From positions 62,001 to 124,604 of IMG/VR virus record IMGVR_UViG_3300043108_000047: a stretch of DNA of 62,604 nucleotides; one strand, given 5' to 3'. Made by a program: the position numbers and the translations under genes. Below, piece after piece: positions 38,926 to 51,304 of the stretch. Under the pieces are notes generated by a model that saw only the letters and a program-made list of their open reading frames with translations, was not told the origin of the DNA and did not search any database. Source of the stretch: an uncultured virus (IMG/VR IMGVR_UViG_3300043108_000047). Its lineage: Duplodnaviria; Heunggongvirae; Uroviricota; Caudoviricetes. Position 1 is the stretch's first letter. Each line of letters opens with the position of its first letter.

Positions 38926-40551
38926 TTAGTTGTAGATTTTTACATCAGGGTCTAAGAAAGTAATAGGACGAAGGTGCCCCAACGCATCAGGCATATAAAT
39001 AAGTTCTATTTTACTTTCTGACGTATATATTATCGCCATATAGATATGACTATCATCGGGGCTAGTACAGGTAGTATAAGCTCTAAACTCTACAAAAGCA
39101 TTTACATATTCCCAGTTATAAAATTGAGCTGGATAAGTATCTTCGCCATGTGTTATTTCATATAGGCTACTTAGTATCTTATTAATAGCAGGGACTTTTG
39201 GTAAAATTGCTCTCCATTCTATATAAGTCGGGAGCCACCAACTTCCTGCTGGGTAATATTTGTCTTCATCTCCATGGTTCCAATAGGTTCTTGATGGTGA
39301 ATATCCATTTACTTGCTCATATAAAAACATGGCAGTAGAGGCAGAAGAGGCAAGAATTTTTTTTCCATCTACCTTATCGTTGAATATATCATCCGAGTCT
39401 GATACTGTAAAGCTCTCGTAGGTGTAATCAGCACTATACTTAGGTGTATCTCCCAATCCCATCATAAGCATACGAGAACCCACTTTAATGGCAATACCAA
39501 TGACATATAGAATATTAATATCTTCCTCAATTATTTTACCTTCCATACTCACTACTTTGCAAGTCCAATCCTCAAAATTAGTGCGCCATGCAGGGTACGC
39601 ATATTGTGTACCTTCATCACTCGCTGTAACAATATACAAATCACTAAAATCTATGCCATCACTATCGCTAGAATCCGAGCTTGAAGAAGATGCAGTAACC
39701 TCTACCCAATCAAGATACACGCTATCGGAACTACTCTTCCAAAATATCATTCTCTTGAATACTCTTCCTAACTCGTCTGTTCTACCATAAGCAGTCTGTT
39801 CTATACTATAATAACCATTACCATCTGCATCTGAACTACGCAAAACAACACATGTATAATATCCCGTTGAACCTGCTGGGCGTCCTAAATTACACCAATA
39901 ATAAATACCCGAAGTCAGGGCATTGTTCATATTAGCCTCACTATTATGTGGCAAAGATAACTTCTTACCTAATTCTGTTATTGCATCAGGTATCTTGTTT
40001 ATCTGTGTTTTATCCCATATCGTTTCCAAACCATCACAGCCAGGGAAATCTCCACTTGCTACCTTTGCATCGTTTAAAGGAATTATCTTAATTAACCAAG
40101 TATTGACTGATGAAACTTTAGCTTTGATAACAACCAATAAATCTCCATTACTAGCTCCTAAAGAAGTATTTGCTGTTCCAGCTCCAACCCAATTGCTCAA
40201 TACATAAGTATATGGTGCTTTTGTAATAAAAGAAGCTAGACTACTATTAAATGTAACACTTGAACTTGTACTTACAGTAGCTTTATCACTTATTGAATAA
40301 TAAATAGCACTATTATCAGGCATTGCTAACATAGCACTTTTAAGGGTAGAAGTAGTATCTGAAGCACAATTCAAAATTCCTTTTATATTAGCTGCTGCAC
40401 TTAGAGCATTATTAGCTGTTGTAACTGCCGAAGAAGCATTTGTTGAAGCTGTACTTGCCTCTGAATATATCTCTGAAGTTTTCTTTGTAGAATCTACTAA
40501 ACCAAGTTTCTCTTCTATTTGTGCTCCTGTATATGAACTATTATAACTCAT
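38926..40551 (-). CDS. Tail fibre/receptor-binding protein (541 aa) with a knob-like domain and a C-terminal lectin-like (DUF1566-like) region
   Basis: Ala/Ser-rich stalk, then NMNNALTSGIYY...IEQTAY...VFKR...WVEV, then WWLPT..EW and a terminal LRPI motif. Confidence 0.7.
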   Translation of the reverse strand: MSYNSSYTGAQIEEKLGLVDSTKKTSEIYSEASTASTNASSAVTTANNALSAAANIKGILNCASDTTSTLKSAMLAMPDNSAIYYSISDKATVSTSSSVTFNSSLASFITKAPYTYVLSNWVGAGTANTSLGASNGDLLVVIKAKVSSVNTWLIKIIPLNDAKVASGDFPGCDGLETIWDKTQINKIPDAITELGKKLSLPHNSEANMNNALTSGIYYWCNLGRPAGSTGYYTCVVLRSSDADGNGYYSIEQTAYGRTDELGRVFKRMIFWKSSSDSVYLDWVEVTASSSSSDSSDSDGIDFSDLYIVTASDEGTQYAYPAWRTNFEDWTCKVVSMEGKIIEEDINILYVIGIAIKVGSRMLMMGLGDTPKYSADYTYESFTVSDSDDIFNDKVDGKKILASSASTAMFLYEQVNGYSPSRTYWNHGDEDKYYPAGSWWLPTYIEWRAILPKVPAINKILSSLYEITHGEDTYPAQFYNWEYVNAFVEFRAYTTCTSPDDSHIYMAIIYTSESKIELIYMPDALGHLRPITFLDPDVKIYN

Positions 40552-40802
40552 GATTTCAATGTATTAAATGTTGTACTATCACTCAATAAGAAACTACCAT
40601 CTGAAGCATTAAATACTTCCCTCTTTCCTTCTTGAGTTACTGAAAGAGTTGTTTTAGTGCCACTATTATCTGTAGTTGATATTGTAAATATAGCTAACCT
40701 ATCAAGTCCTTCATTAACTTCCGCAGATACGGAGAGAGTAGAACTCCCACTCTCTCCTGTACCCGAAAGAGTAATACCATTTATGGTCTTACTAACACTC
40801 AT
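40548..40802 (-). CDS. Small BACON/Ig-like protein (84 aa)
   Basis: GSSTLSVSAEVNEGLDRLAIFTIST...LSVTQEG pattern. Confidence 0.7.
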   Translation of the reverse strand: MSVSKTINGITLSGTGESGSSTLSVSAEVNEGLDRLAIFTISTTDNSGTKTTLSVTQEGKREVFNASDGSFLLSDSTTFNTLKS

Positions 40803-40813
40803 AGTTTAATTAA

Positions 40814-41488
40814 TTATTCAGTAATACTCCAATTAGTATTTGAAGAAACTGTTAATGTCTGAGCAGTACCAGCTGCTGGGATGGTAATTGCATTTGTAGA
40901 CAAAGTTACATATGGGTCGCCCTCTGCTATGGTTATTGTTATAGTAACAGACTCAGTAGATTCTGTACTAGCAGGTGATAATATTATCTTTATTGTTTTA
41001 CTTGCAGTTGTAGAGTTTGCCAACAAGTTTATTGTATCTAACTTCCAAGTATATAGTCCAGTAGCTCCAGGGTCTCCTGATATAGCTCCTTGGTTTTGAG
41101 CAGAACTGGCACTATTAATAGTAAGTTTTATGCTTCCTTTCATTGAACTACTATACCCACTAATATAACTTGTATCACCTGATATAGTGGTTACATACAT
41201 ACTTGCCCAGTTACATTCACCAATAATAGTAGCAGTACCACCTCCCTTTGCAATAGCAATTTTTGGATTACTTAAATCCATATAATTACCTCTACCAGCC
41301 TGTGCTACTGTAAATGTAGTATCTGCTGAACTATGCCCTGTAAGCTCTGCTGCATCTACATTAAGAGTTACTGCGCTTCTTGCTACACGACCATAATAAG
41401 CATCTGCTGATATTGCTACTGATGTACTTCCAGAAGCTCCAGTTGTAGGATTGACTTTTACCCAATTTTTTAAAGTTGAACTTGCCAT
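40814..41488 (-). CDS. BACON-domain protein (224 aa)
   Basis: WVKVNPTTG...YYGRVARS...FTVAQAG and C-terminal LTVSSNTNWSITE. Confidence 0.75.
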   Translation of the reverse strand: MASSTLKNWVKVNPTTGASGSTSVAISADAYYGRVARSAVTLNVDAAELTGHSSADTTFTVAQAGRGNYMDLSNPKIAIAKGGGTATIIGECNWASMYVTTISGDTSYISGYSSSMKGSIKLTINSASSAQNQGAISGDPGATGLYTWKLDTINLLANSTTASKTIKIILSPASTESTESVTITITIAEGDPYVTLSTNAITIPAAGTAQTLTVSSNTNWSITE

Positions 41489-41507
41489 AATTAATTTTTA
41501 ATTTTTA

Positions 41508-41861
41508 TTATTCTATATTCCAAGCTACGTTACTATTAATTGTAAGTTCACTTGTATTACCTTGTATTCCTATATTAATATTTTAAGAACTGACTTCAAT
41601 ATAGTTATTATTATCATCTGTTATTCTCCATTTAATATTACTATCAACAGTAAGTATTGAAGCATCTCCTTGACTACCTACCCAAACATTTTTAGGATGG
41701 ACTCTGATATAATAATCAGTCTTTCTTGATAACGCCCACATAAGAGTAGGCATAACACTAGAAGTCAATTCTGTATCTGCACCAATAGAAAATATTTCTG
41801 CACTACTTGGAACACCATCACTTCTAATATAGCTCTTTAAATATGCTGTTATATGTTTCAT
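41508..41861 (-). CDS. BACON-like repeat protein with an internal TAA at 41583-41585 (92 aa as truncated, 117 aa if intact)
   Basis: The second repeat continues in frame after the TAA. Confidence 0.65.
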
Positions 41862-44800
41862 TCTTCATTATAATTTTCCCACCATTGAGTTGGCTTAAAT
41901 GGATAATTTGTATTACCATAACTAACATAAGTTCCTGTACCAAATGCCGCACAACGTCTATTAATGATAACCCATTGTGTACCAATAATTTCTTTTACGG
42001 TTTCTACTTTTTCATCATCAGTACCGTAGTCATAATATCTTGTAACATTTACGTAGATTGGAACTCCTAAAAGTTCTATTATACCATATTGGAAATAAAC
42101 GGAAGTAAACCAAGATTCTAGAGTATTTATATCCATATCACTTTCAGAATAAACATTATTGATAGGATAAGCAGATGCATACTCCGTATCAGTTTCTTCA
42201 TTGTATTTTACACCATCCTCATAATACTCGTCTTTACGTATAAGTACTTTTGATTGTAATGGTTGAGAAACTATCTCGCATATCTCTGCCGCATAAACAT
42301 TCCCAGTTAGAGCACCATTATTAGGAAGAGTTACTCTACCACCTCCATTATTCCATATAATACAACGTGTTCCAATATATTCTTTGTCGTATGGTAATAC
42401 AACTTTTATATTTCTGTAATTATCTTGCGGTTTATATCCATATTGACTATTGTCTACTTTTACTTGAAAAGTATTTTTAAGAAGTACACCTTGAGTTGGA
42501 TTACTTAAATCGTATAATGTATTACTACCATTAGATACAGATTCGTCTAAATCTGTAAATTCTATAGATAAATAACCATTTATCAGTACATTAGAGCCAA
42601 CTACCTTTAAAACATCGTTGAGAGCTATACTGCCAGTTGATGATAAATTTATTTGGTCAGCAGTCATTTTAAAACTTGACTGAACATTACCATTATCATC
42701 TACTACCATATTTATTTTATTAGCAGTTTGTTCTATGATTGAATGCCCATACTTATCAAATAAAGCATTTTGAAACATTACTTCATTATCAATGCGAGAT
42801 TTCAAAGACATATCAGCAATCCAGTCTGCCCAATTATTGTTTGAAATCTTTGATGTTGTACCGCTTTTTATGCAGAAAAATCTAGGATAATTTCTATTCT
42901 TTTTAACATTACCACTAGAATCTTGTCCTACTACTGTTGTTGCTTGTATAGTATATTGAACACTGCCAAAAGTATATATAAAATTACTACTGCCGATATA
43001 AATAGCAACATCGCCTTTAGAGTATTCTGTTATTTCTGTGCCTGATAAAGATGGAGTACTTCCACTAAAAGTAACATCGGTGTATAATTTAAAATTACTA
43101 TCAAAGTAAAATACATTATTTCCTTTAGTGGCATTACCTATTACATCATTGATAAAATCTGTATCACGATAATAATCTGATAAATAATCATTCCAATCCC
43201 CAAAATTCAAAGAATCCTTTGAACTTCTGCTATTTTCAGAAATTAGAACTTGTCCATTAGAAACAACTTTAGCATCTGCTCCACTACCATAAGTAGCACC
43301 ACTACGAACACTATTACTATCTGCTATCCAAATATCTCCTTTGTTATATGGTACATAAGGAACATTGCCTAAGAATATAGTTGCTTTACCATCAGCAGTA
43401 GCTTGTGCTGTTGCTGCGTTTGAAAGTGCCTTTAATGTTTCAGCATCAGTTATTTCTTGCCATGAGAAATTATCATCACTATCAACACTATAAGAATATG
43501 CTTTTCCAGTACTTCTATCAAAACAAACATCTTCTAGATGGTCTTGTTGCAATGCTGGACTTGTCCATTCAGAAGCAGGTTCATTCTCAAGTGTAGGTTC
43601 ATAATCAGTAAACCAAATAGAAATTTGATTATCTATTTGCTTAGCGACTACATCTTGAAGAATTTCTTCTATATTATCATCTTGTATATCTTCAATAACA
43701 TTGATAGTACAAGTAGCATAAACTTTTCCTGTAGTGTTTATTAGTGAACATTTTATTTTGGTAACACTATCATCAAGTTGTACTTCTTTATTAACTTGAA
43801 CTGTGGTACTTGTTTCACTATCATTGAAACTATATATGAAAAATAAAGACTCAGAGTCAGCACTTTCATTGTATACTGGGGAACCATTACCCTTTATGTA
43901 GTAATATTGAAAACTAATTGTTTTTGTTTCTAATTGCCCATTGCTTTTTCTTCTTATACTAGTAGTTGATGGTATAATAGTGTATTGTATAGCATCGTCT
44001 CCTTTTTCGCCCTTTTTCGGTGCTTTTATGAAAAGAATTTCTTCACGGTCTATTATATTATCATCAGATATTAAAGAAATGCCAGAAGTATTGGCAAGTA
44101 TAAATAATACTCCCTTATAAGTAGTATCTGAAGATATACGCAACACTCCTACCCCATTTTTCTCTAGGTCTTTTGCCCAAGCATATTTGTATTCTGTATC
44201 ATCATAGGCAATATATTTGTAGAATATGTTATAAGGTGCTGTACCTCCTTCTGACGTATTATGATACAAGTTAGCTTTAATATTACCAGGATAATTTGTT
44301 ACATCGCTTCCTGTTCTTTTACAATATCCACAATATATATCTTGGTATTCTTCTACAAATGAATCATCATCATTTCTACTGAAATATAAGTCAGATTCCG
44401 TTGATGGTAATAATTCATAGACAGTTATATCCATACCATTAGTTCCATCAGTACCATCGGCTCCATCAGAGCCAGCTCTAACTCCTTGAATAGTAAAATC
44501 AATACTAACTCCATCAGGGCAATCAGTACTCTTTGCTGTCAATTTAATAAGAGCTTTATCATTAAGTATGGGATAACCTTCTGTTAATGTAACGGAGAAT
44601 AATCCTTTTGCAATATTAGTTACTTCAGTAGAGATGTTTGAATATCCTACGATAGCACTCGTATCATAATATTGTATAACAAGATTTGTAAGTTCTTGAA
44701 CAACACCTCCTTTATATAAGAAAAGCTGATTTTCATAGGTTTCAGAGTTTACAATTTTTCCGTCACTTGTCATAGCGACTAATAATTGTTGATTACGGAG

Positions 44801-44878
44801 GCCGACAGCTACACTATCGGCTCCGTTTTCAACATATATAAAAGTGTGACTACCTTTCGCAATAGTCTTAGTATCCAT
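41858..44878 (-). CDS. Large tail fibre/spike-associated protein (1006 aa)
   Basis: Collagen-like GxDGxDG and KGEKGD segments. Contains a WFTDYEPTLENEPASEW...KALSNAATAQATADGK...PYNKGDIW module of the type seen in phage tail proteins. Confidence 0.8.
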   Translation of the reverse strand: MDTKTIAKGSHTFIYVENGADSVAVGLRNQQLLVAMTSDGKIVNSETYENQLFLYKGGVVQELTNLVIQYYDTSAIVGYSNISTEVTNIAKGLFSVTLTEGYPILNDKALIKLTAKSTDCPDGVSIDFTIQGVRAGSDGADGTDGTNGMDITVYELLPSTESDLYFSRNDDDSFVEEYQDIYCGYCKRTGSDVTNYPGNIKANLYHNTSEGGTAPYNIFYKYIAYDDTEYKYAWAKDLEKNGVGVLRISSDTTYKGVLFILANTSGISLISDDNIIDREEILFIKAPKKGEKGDDAIQYTIIPSTTSIRRKSNGQLETKTISFQYYYIKGNGSPVYNESADSESLFFIYSFNDSETSTTVQVNKEVQLDDSVTKIKCSLINTTGKVYATCTINVIEDIQDDNIEEILQDVVAKQIDNQISIWFTDYEPTLENEPASEWTSPALQQDHLEDVCFDRSTGKAYSYSVDSDDNFSWQEITDAETLKALSNAATAQATADGKATIFLGNVPYVPYNKGDIWIADSNSVRSGATYGSGADAKVVSNGQVLISENSRSSKDSLNFGDWNDYLSDYYRDTDFINDVIGNATKGNNVFYFDSNFKLYTDVTFSGSTPSLSGTEITEYSKGDVAIYIGSSNFIYTFGSVQYTIQATTVVGQDSSGNVKKNRNYPRFFCIKSGTTSKISNNNWADWIADMSLKSRIDNEVMFQNALFDKYGHSIIEQTANKINMVVDDNGNVQSSFKMTADQINLSSTGSIALNDVLKVVGSNVLINGYLSIEFTDLDESVSNGSNTLYDLSNPTQGVLLKNTFQVKVDNSQYGYKPQDNYRNIKVVLPYDKEYIGTRCIIWNNGGGRVTLPNNGALTGNVYAAEICEIVSQPLQSKVLIRKDEYYEDGVKYNEETDTEYASAYPINNVYSESDMDINTLESWFTSVYFQYGIIELLGVPIYVNVTRYYDYGTDDEKVETVKEIIGTQWVIINRRCAAFGTGTYVSYGNTNYPFKPTQWWENYNEE

Positions 44879-44880
44879 AA

Positions 44881-46098
44881 TTAAGCTCCTTCGAATACTT
44901 CAAAAACAAGATTTGCACGTTTATTAATCTCTTTCTTGCTTATGGTCATAACATTACAGTAATTACCACTAGCTACTGTAGCTTCAGTGTTAGAAGTGGT
45001 TTTAAATCCTTTAGTTCCCCAATCAGTATTGAGAGCATAAGTAGTATTATTATCAGAATCCGTAACATTAGTATATAAAGACCAAGTTACTCCAACTCCA
45101 ACTTTGTGGAAATAATTTTCAATTTCTTCATCATTCTATAACATGCGTAATTTAACTGTTATAGTATCTTGAGTTAAAGTAATCTTGTCTGGAGTATCGT
45201 CAGTAATATCTACTTTATAAGGATCAGTTCTATCAGAAATGGTAAATACAGTATTTATAAATTTAGATCTGTCAGAAGCTCCTGTAGCAGTATCCAAATC
45301 ATATATTGTACACTTATATAGTTCAAAATTATCAATTGCATCGGGCTTAACCCATAATGTACAACATCCAGAACTGTGGGCAGTGGAAGATGGGTGTTGA
45401 GAACCAGCTCCGGTAGATGTTAAATATTCATTACCAGTAGAGTCAGCATAATCAGTAGTTTTCAAAACACTCCAATTTCCATCATCTCCCATTTTAGACC
45501 ATTCCCATTCAATATTGGAATCATCTACAACTCCACCCCGCATTAAATGGGCTACCATACAAATCTTAGTATCTCCATCAATTTGTGGCATATTAGTGTA
45601 GAAAGAATCTCCGTAAGGAGTTTCAGGTAATATATTTACAGTATTTACACCCTAAACCAATTTCGTTATCTATACTTCATTATATGCAGAATAAGTTATG
45701 CCACTTTCTACATATGATGTAGTTACCTAAATTATAATATAATCTACTGTTAGATTTTTCTTAATAGTTAATTTTTGACCATCTGTAGTAGCCGCTTTAG
45801 CATAACCATCTTTCCCAAAATAACTTTCCAAATCCTAAGCTGTGGTAGAACCCTGAGCTAATACTTTATATTCTACGGAAGCATTAGCAGAAGTTAGTAA
45901 GTTGGTATTCTCAACTCCAGTCATAGTAAGAATAGGCTAAATTACTAATGGGTAAGTTTCGAAATTTGGAGTATATGGCTATGAGTTATCTGCACAATAA
46001 ATTTGTTGATAAATATTAGATCTAATAGATAAATTCATTACTCTACCATCGTTAAGATCTACAATGGTAAGATGACCTTTAGAAATTGATTTAGACAT
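44881..46098 (-). CDS. Tail-module protein (~405 aa)
   Basis: MSKSISKGHLTIVDLNDG.... Includes ORF 45136 through TAGs. Confidence 0.75.
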
Positions 46099-46124
46099 AT
46101 TAAATTAAAAATTTTAAAAATTAA

Positions 46125-49100
46125 TTATTGGATTACATTCCAACCTTTATTTTGAATCTTTTCTTTAATAGCATCTGGAAATTTAGTGGCATCATTATAA
46201 TTTGATCCTATACTTAATATCTTATAATCGGAATTAATATCTAAATTACTTATATCGGGTATATCTTCTGCTAAATCTATATAATGCTAAGCATTCATTT
46301 GAGTTCCATATGTGAAAATATAAGATCTCTAAGTGTTTTCAACAGTTTGCTAGAACCATCCCGAACCATATCTTACATAAGTTAAATTTTGTGGGCGAGA
46401 GCTAGCATATAGACAATCACTTGATAATGTCCAAGAACCGGTACCTGCTGTTAATCCGGTTTTAATAAAACTAAGATCAATTGAAGTAAGATTTTGACAA
46501 TTTTCGAGTATTCTAGAACCTCCATATCCTTGACTATTAGTATTATCCTAAGGATCAATTCTAAATCCAGTAGTATTAACACTTTCTAGATTAATACAAT
46601 TAGCTAAAAAATAACTGAACATTGCAGAAGCTTTCCAAGATCCTGTGTAAAATCTAGTATCTACTTTAGCGTAAATAATTTTCTTTAAATTTTTAGGATT
46701 TCTTGCATTACCGTCATACGAAGCTCCAAAGTAGCCAACAGGAGCATTTATATAGTATCCACCTAAGGAAGGTTTTGGAAATTCATAAAAGACATATTTA
46801 CCAGAACAATAGTAACAAGTGTCTGAATTATCCACATGTAATCCATAAGTTGCATCACTATCAACTAATTCTGCAACAAATATACAACTACCTCTTAATT
46901 TATAATAATAATCATTTAATTCGTCCCAAAATTTCCATGGAACAAATTCATTTAAATTTCCAACATTAAACTTCTTTATATTTAAATATGAATAAGGCAT
47001 TATAATACCCTATAATTTAGAACAATCTACTGTAACTGATTCTAGCATTATGTTATTTGATAAATCTAATGTTCCAGTAGCATTGCTTAGCCCCGAAAGC
47101 TCTAAAGTTCTTAAATTAGTAAGAGGTTTTACTATATCACCAATATTAGTGCTTAGAGCTGTATTATCAGTAGCATTTATTTTTAGAGTCTTTAGTTTAA
47201 TATAGGTAGATGGAAATAATATATCACTATAGATATAGTCTGAAACAGTATTAAAATCTATAGATTCAGCAGCTGAAAATCCCTATAATTTAAAGGGGTC
47301 ATTACTTCCTAATGCAAAATTAGTTATATCCAATTCGGTTTCTACTCCAGCTTCCAATTTCTTTTTAGCAACTGTAGTAGTATTAGCAATCAACTATACA
47401 TATGCGGTAGTAGCGGCAGTTACTTTCATTGATGCTGCAACGCCCTATTCCTTAGATAACTTCATGTTCTTCTCGTCTGATACGAAATATCCTGCAGCAT
47501 ATTTAGAGTCAAGTAATCTAAATCGTTTATCAATTAGCCAATCTCTATGAGCATCACGAGCACCTTGTACAAACTATGCAAAATCAGATTTAGAACCACG
47601 CCCTGTTTGATAAGTTAAAGGTTCAATGTATTTAGTATCAGCATCAAAGTTAAATATCATATCAGACCAATAATCTCTAGATTCAGCAAACCTAGCATTA
47701 ATAGTCTTTAAATTAAATAATGTATTACCACTAGTTTCATCTCGTAAAGTCTATGCAACTGTTTGTAAGTTACATCCCTCTAAGCCGTATTCGGAATTGC
47801 TAGTATAAGTATCATCGTATAAGAAAAATCTCACAAGTTCCCATAAATTACTATCATGCCCCATGAAAGCATACTATGTAGAATCCTTTGGGTTCTTTGT
47901 ATTCTCATCAGAATCCCAAGGCAATACTAACCAACCATCATTAGTTACGGCTAAAATTGTATCTGAATCGTATGGTAAAAAATACCATATTCCAGAATCA
48001 GCTGTTGCTCCCCAACTTGCTAACATCATATTCTTAGAGCGTTGGTCTACAGCCATAAAATAATCTGTATATAAATACCAAGCACACAAATTATAAGGAT
48101 TAAAGTACTATGTTAATTCCTATACAAATGTAGAATCTGTATATTGTCCGGTTGCTTCACTATAGGAAGCTTTCCAAGAATCGTAACATTTCTTAACCCA
48201 TAAAAATGGACGCTTAGCTGCGGATCTTAAATTATCTGGGGCATCAGCCCAGTCGTAAGAAGGATAACGAAATTCAAGTTGAGGAATTGCCTCGCCTGAT
48301 TCGTCATCAGTATCACTGCAGGTTGTCCAATTAAATGAAGAATCTGCATTAAAAAGAGTGGCAGTTCTATTATTTTCTAGAAACTCAATACAGATAGCAG
48401 AACCTACTCCTGTATTTCCTACCGTACCAGTAAATCCAAATACATGATGAGAATCTTTTTTCTCATTATTCATGTTGTATTTACCAATGTAAGTATAATC
48501 TCCATTTTCATCTTTAACAAACACATCTATTGGGTGTCCATCAATACCAACTCTTACTTCTGGATATTCTGAATCATTATTATATTGTGGTGGAGTTCTA
48601 TATTTAGAACCAAGCCCAAACCATACATCATTAATAAGTTTTGTAACTACTGTATTGTGCAAACTAGAAGAATCTGAGTAGTCAGCTTTTAGACACAAAC
48701 AAGGAACTCCTTGATCGTTTGTACCCATAGAATATAATGGGTTAGTAGTATTTCTATTTTGTATAGCTGCATCAGATCCAACACTGGGATCAAAATAACT
48801 AGTCCATTTTGCGACAGAATTAGATTTATCGTACTTCTAACCAGTAAAGAATATATCGTAATTCTTTCTAGAATAATAGGTACTAGAAGTACCTTGAACT
48901 TGCATTAATGTCGGCCCACATTTAAATGACCTATCATCAGTAAGTTTGCCATTGTGATAATATGTTAAACTCTTAACTAAGAAATTAGCTTTCTTTTTAG
49001 AAGAAGGATTTAAGAAAAGTGTTTTAGTAGTAATAGTCTAAGTTTCTAAAGGAGTACCATCCCAAGAATCATCTACTACTTTTCCAAGAGAATCTGCACT

Positions 49101-51152
49101 ATCAAGTACACATTTCTCATCTCCATCTCCGGTTTCAACAACTAACACATTCTTACCTTTACTTATTAATTTATCAAAGCTAACAGCACTCTTAGCAGTA
49201 TTTAATATATCATTTTCATCTGCCAATGAAACAATCTAGTCCGAGTCTAATAATGTAGTTAAATAATTATTATAAATAGCTAAAGGAGTGAGTGTTGAAT
49301 TGTAAACACGCATACCATAAAAGTACCAAATAGCCCCCAAACCATTCATAGTAATTGTAGCAGTAGAATCAAAACTATCACTAGTACTAAATGTTTCTAC
49401 AGCACTTCTAATACCATTAACAAATAATTCAAGTAATATTGTAGTTACAGTACTGCCATTATCTGTTCCAGTGTAGGATTTAATCATAAATGATATATTA
49501 TAATTATTTCCCGCTGCAATAGGTGTAAACACTGTAGTACCATTTGTAGTTATGATACCTGCCTCTTCTGCTTTTAAATAAAAACCGCCTTTATTGTCTG
49601 AATTTAGACAAGATAAAATATACTAGTCTTCATCTAAAACTGTATCAACTTTTATATTAAATTCAATATAATATCCAGTATTTTTATTAAATGAACCAAA
49701 AGGAGTATAAGGAAGATCTAACTATGAAGATCCTCTAAATTTTAAACTTTCTCCATCCCAGCCATCTATATCAACATCGTCAACAGTATGCAAGAAATTT
49801 GTTAGAGTTCCAGTATAAGTTTTGCCAGAATTATCTGAAAATTCCCACACATCAATAGTAGAAGTATTTTCCTAATTATTTCTACCTGCTGCTGAAATAT
49901 CAATTGCAGCTCCTGAAGCAACTGAAACTCCAGATGAATTTTTTACAACTGCAATATTTATAATTCTACTTTGAGCGATAACGCTAAAAGTAAGAACATA
50001 TTTAGAAATAGCGGTATCTCTAAAAGAATATTTAAAAGTTTCTTTACTTCCTACTGCTAAATTACTTACATTTGTAGTATCTTTAGAAATACCAACTGTT
50101 GTAAGTTCTTTATAATCTTTACTACTAGAGTCATACGCAGAAGCTGCATATTCTATAACAGATGTTACATACTGTTGAGTATTTAGAGTTAAAGATTTTA
50201 TAGGATCTTCAATAACATCAGAGGAATCAATATTCATTTTAATTCCAACGTGGTTATTTGTTAATCCTTTGTAGAAATCAAATAATAAACTTTTAGAATA
50301 AATATAAATTGGGTCACCAGTATCTATATCGGTACCTGCCTACATTTTAGCAATAATCTATGCGCAATGTAATCCAGTACTTAAAGCCCCCTCACCGTTC
50401 AAACCTGCATCAGATAAATCATAATTGATTTCTGTAGTTAAACCAGAAGTAGCTTCGAAAGTACTTCTAAGTACTCCGTCAACGTATAGTAACAGCTCCC
50501 CATCTTCAGTTCCCACATAATCTACAAACACTTCAGATAAGGTACCATTAGTAGCATATCCACGTACTTGCTTAGATAAATCAAAGGAAGATCCAAAGTC
50601 TATTTCGCAGGTTGCTATATTAATAGTAATCTAACGACTAATTGATACTTCTTGTCCTTGATAATTTACTTCACAAGTACCTTTAATTAGGATTGCACCT
50701 GATACATTTTCAAAAGTAGTTGCTGGAATAGTAACACTTTTGTTTTGAGAGGCATCGACTATTGTAGTTGTCCACAACTATTTAACAGGATTTAACAAAC
50801 TATCTGTTGTATATGCCGTAAAAGTTATTGTTGGTGCAATACCAATAACGTCCTCTCCACTATCCGTCTGTGAAAGAGTATATGAAAAGGTTATAGCTGT
50901 GCCTGAACCATATACAGATTGTTTTTTCTGCATTCTAAAGTCACACTTATAACCAGAACTTGCTTCATCTTCCGCTGCTGTAAATTCTACTTTCTAAATA
51001 GTTCCATCGGCTTTAGTTAAAGTAAGCACTACTTTACCATTAAGAGTACTGCTGCTAATATTAACAAAGCCATTTTGTAATTGTTTTTGAATGAAAGCTC
51101 TTACATCTGAGAGCTTCTCCCCATCCCAAGTATCTAAAAAATTAACTGCCAT
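46125..51152 (-). CDS. Multidomain tail-module protein (~1675 aa): LamG-like region, CotH-like kinase domain and C-terminal LRR-like region
   Basis: Six track ORFs share one frame. Motifs: QGTSSTYYSRKNY, CLKADYSDSS, GKYNMN, VDQRSKNMML, WYFLPYDSDT. Confidence 0.8.
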
Positions 51153-51154
51153 TT

Positions 51155-51304
51155 TTATTCAATCCATGTTTCGGCATCTTCCCAAACTAAGGAATCTATC
51201 CACTCACCATTTAAGTACTAGTCCCCTTCTTCGGTAATAGCCCATATTAGTATATTTCCTAAATATAAAGCCTTACACTATATATCTCCTATTGCTATTC
51301 TCAT
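51155..51304 (-). CDS. Small Trp-rich hypothetical protein (49 aa)
   Basis: ATG overlaps the previous TGA. Ends WIDSLVWEDAETWIE. Confidence 0.6.

Noticed and set aside
38926..40551. Complete diversity-generating retroelement
   Set aside because: No reverse transcriptase or template repeat is visible in the window.
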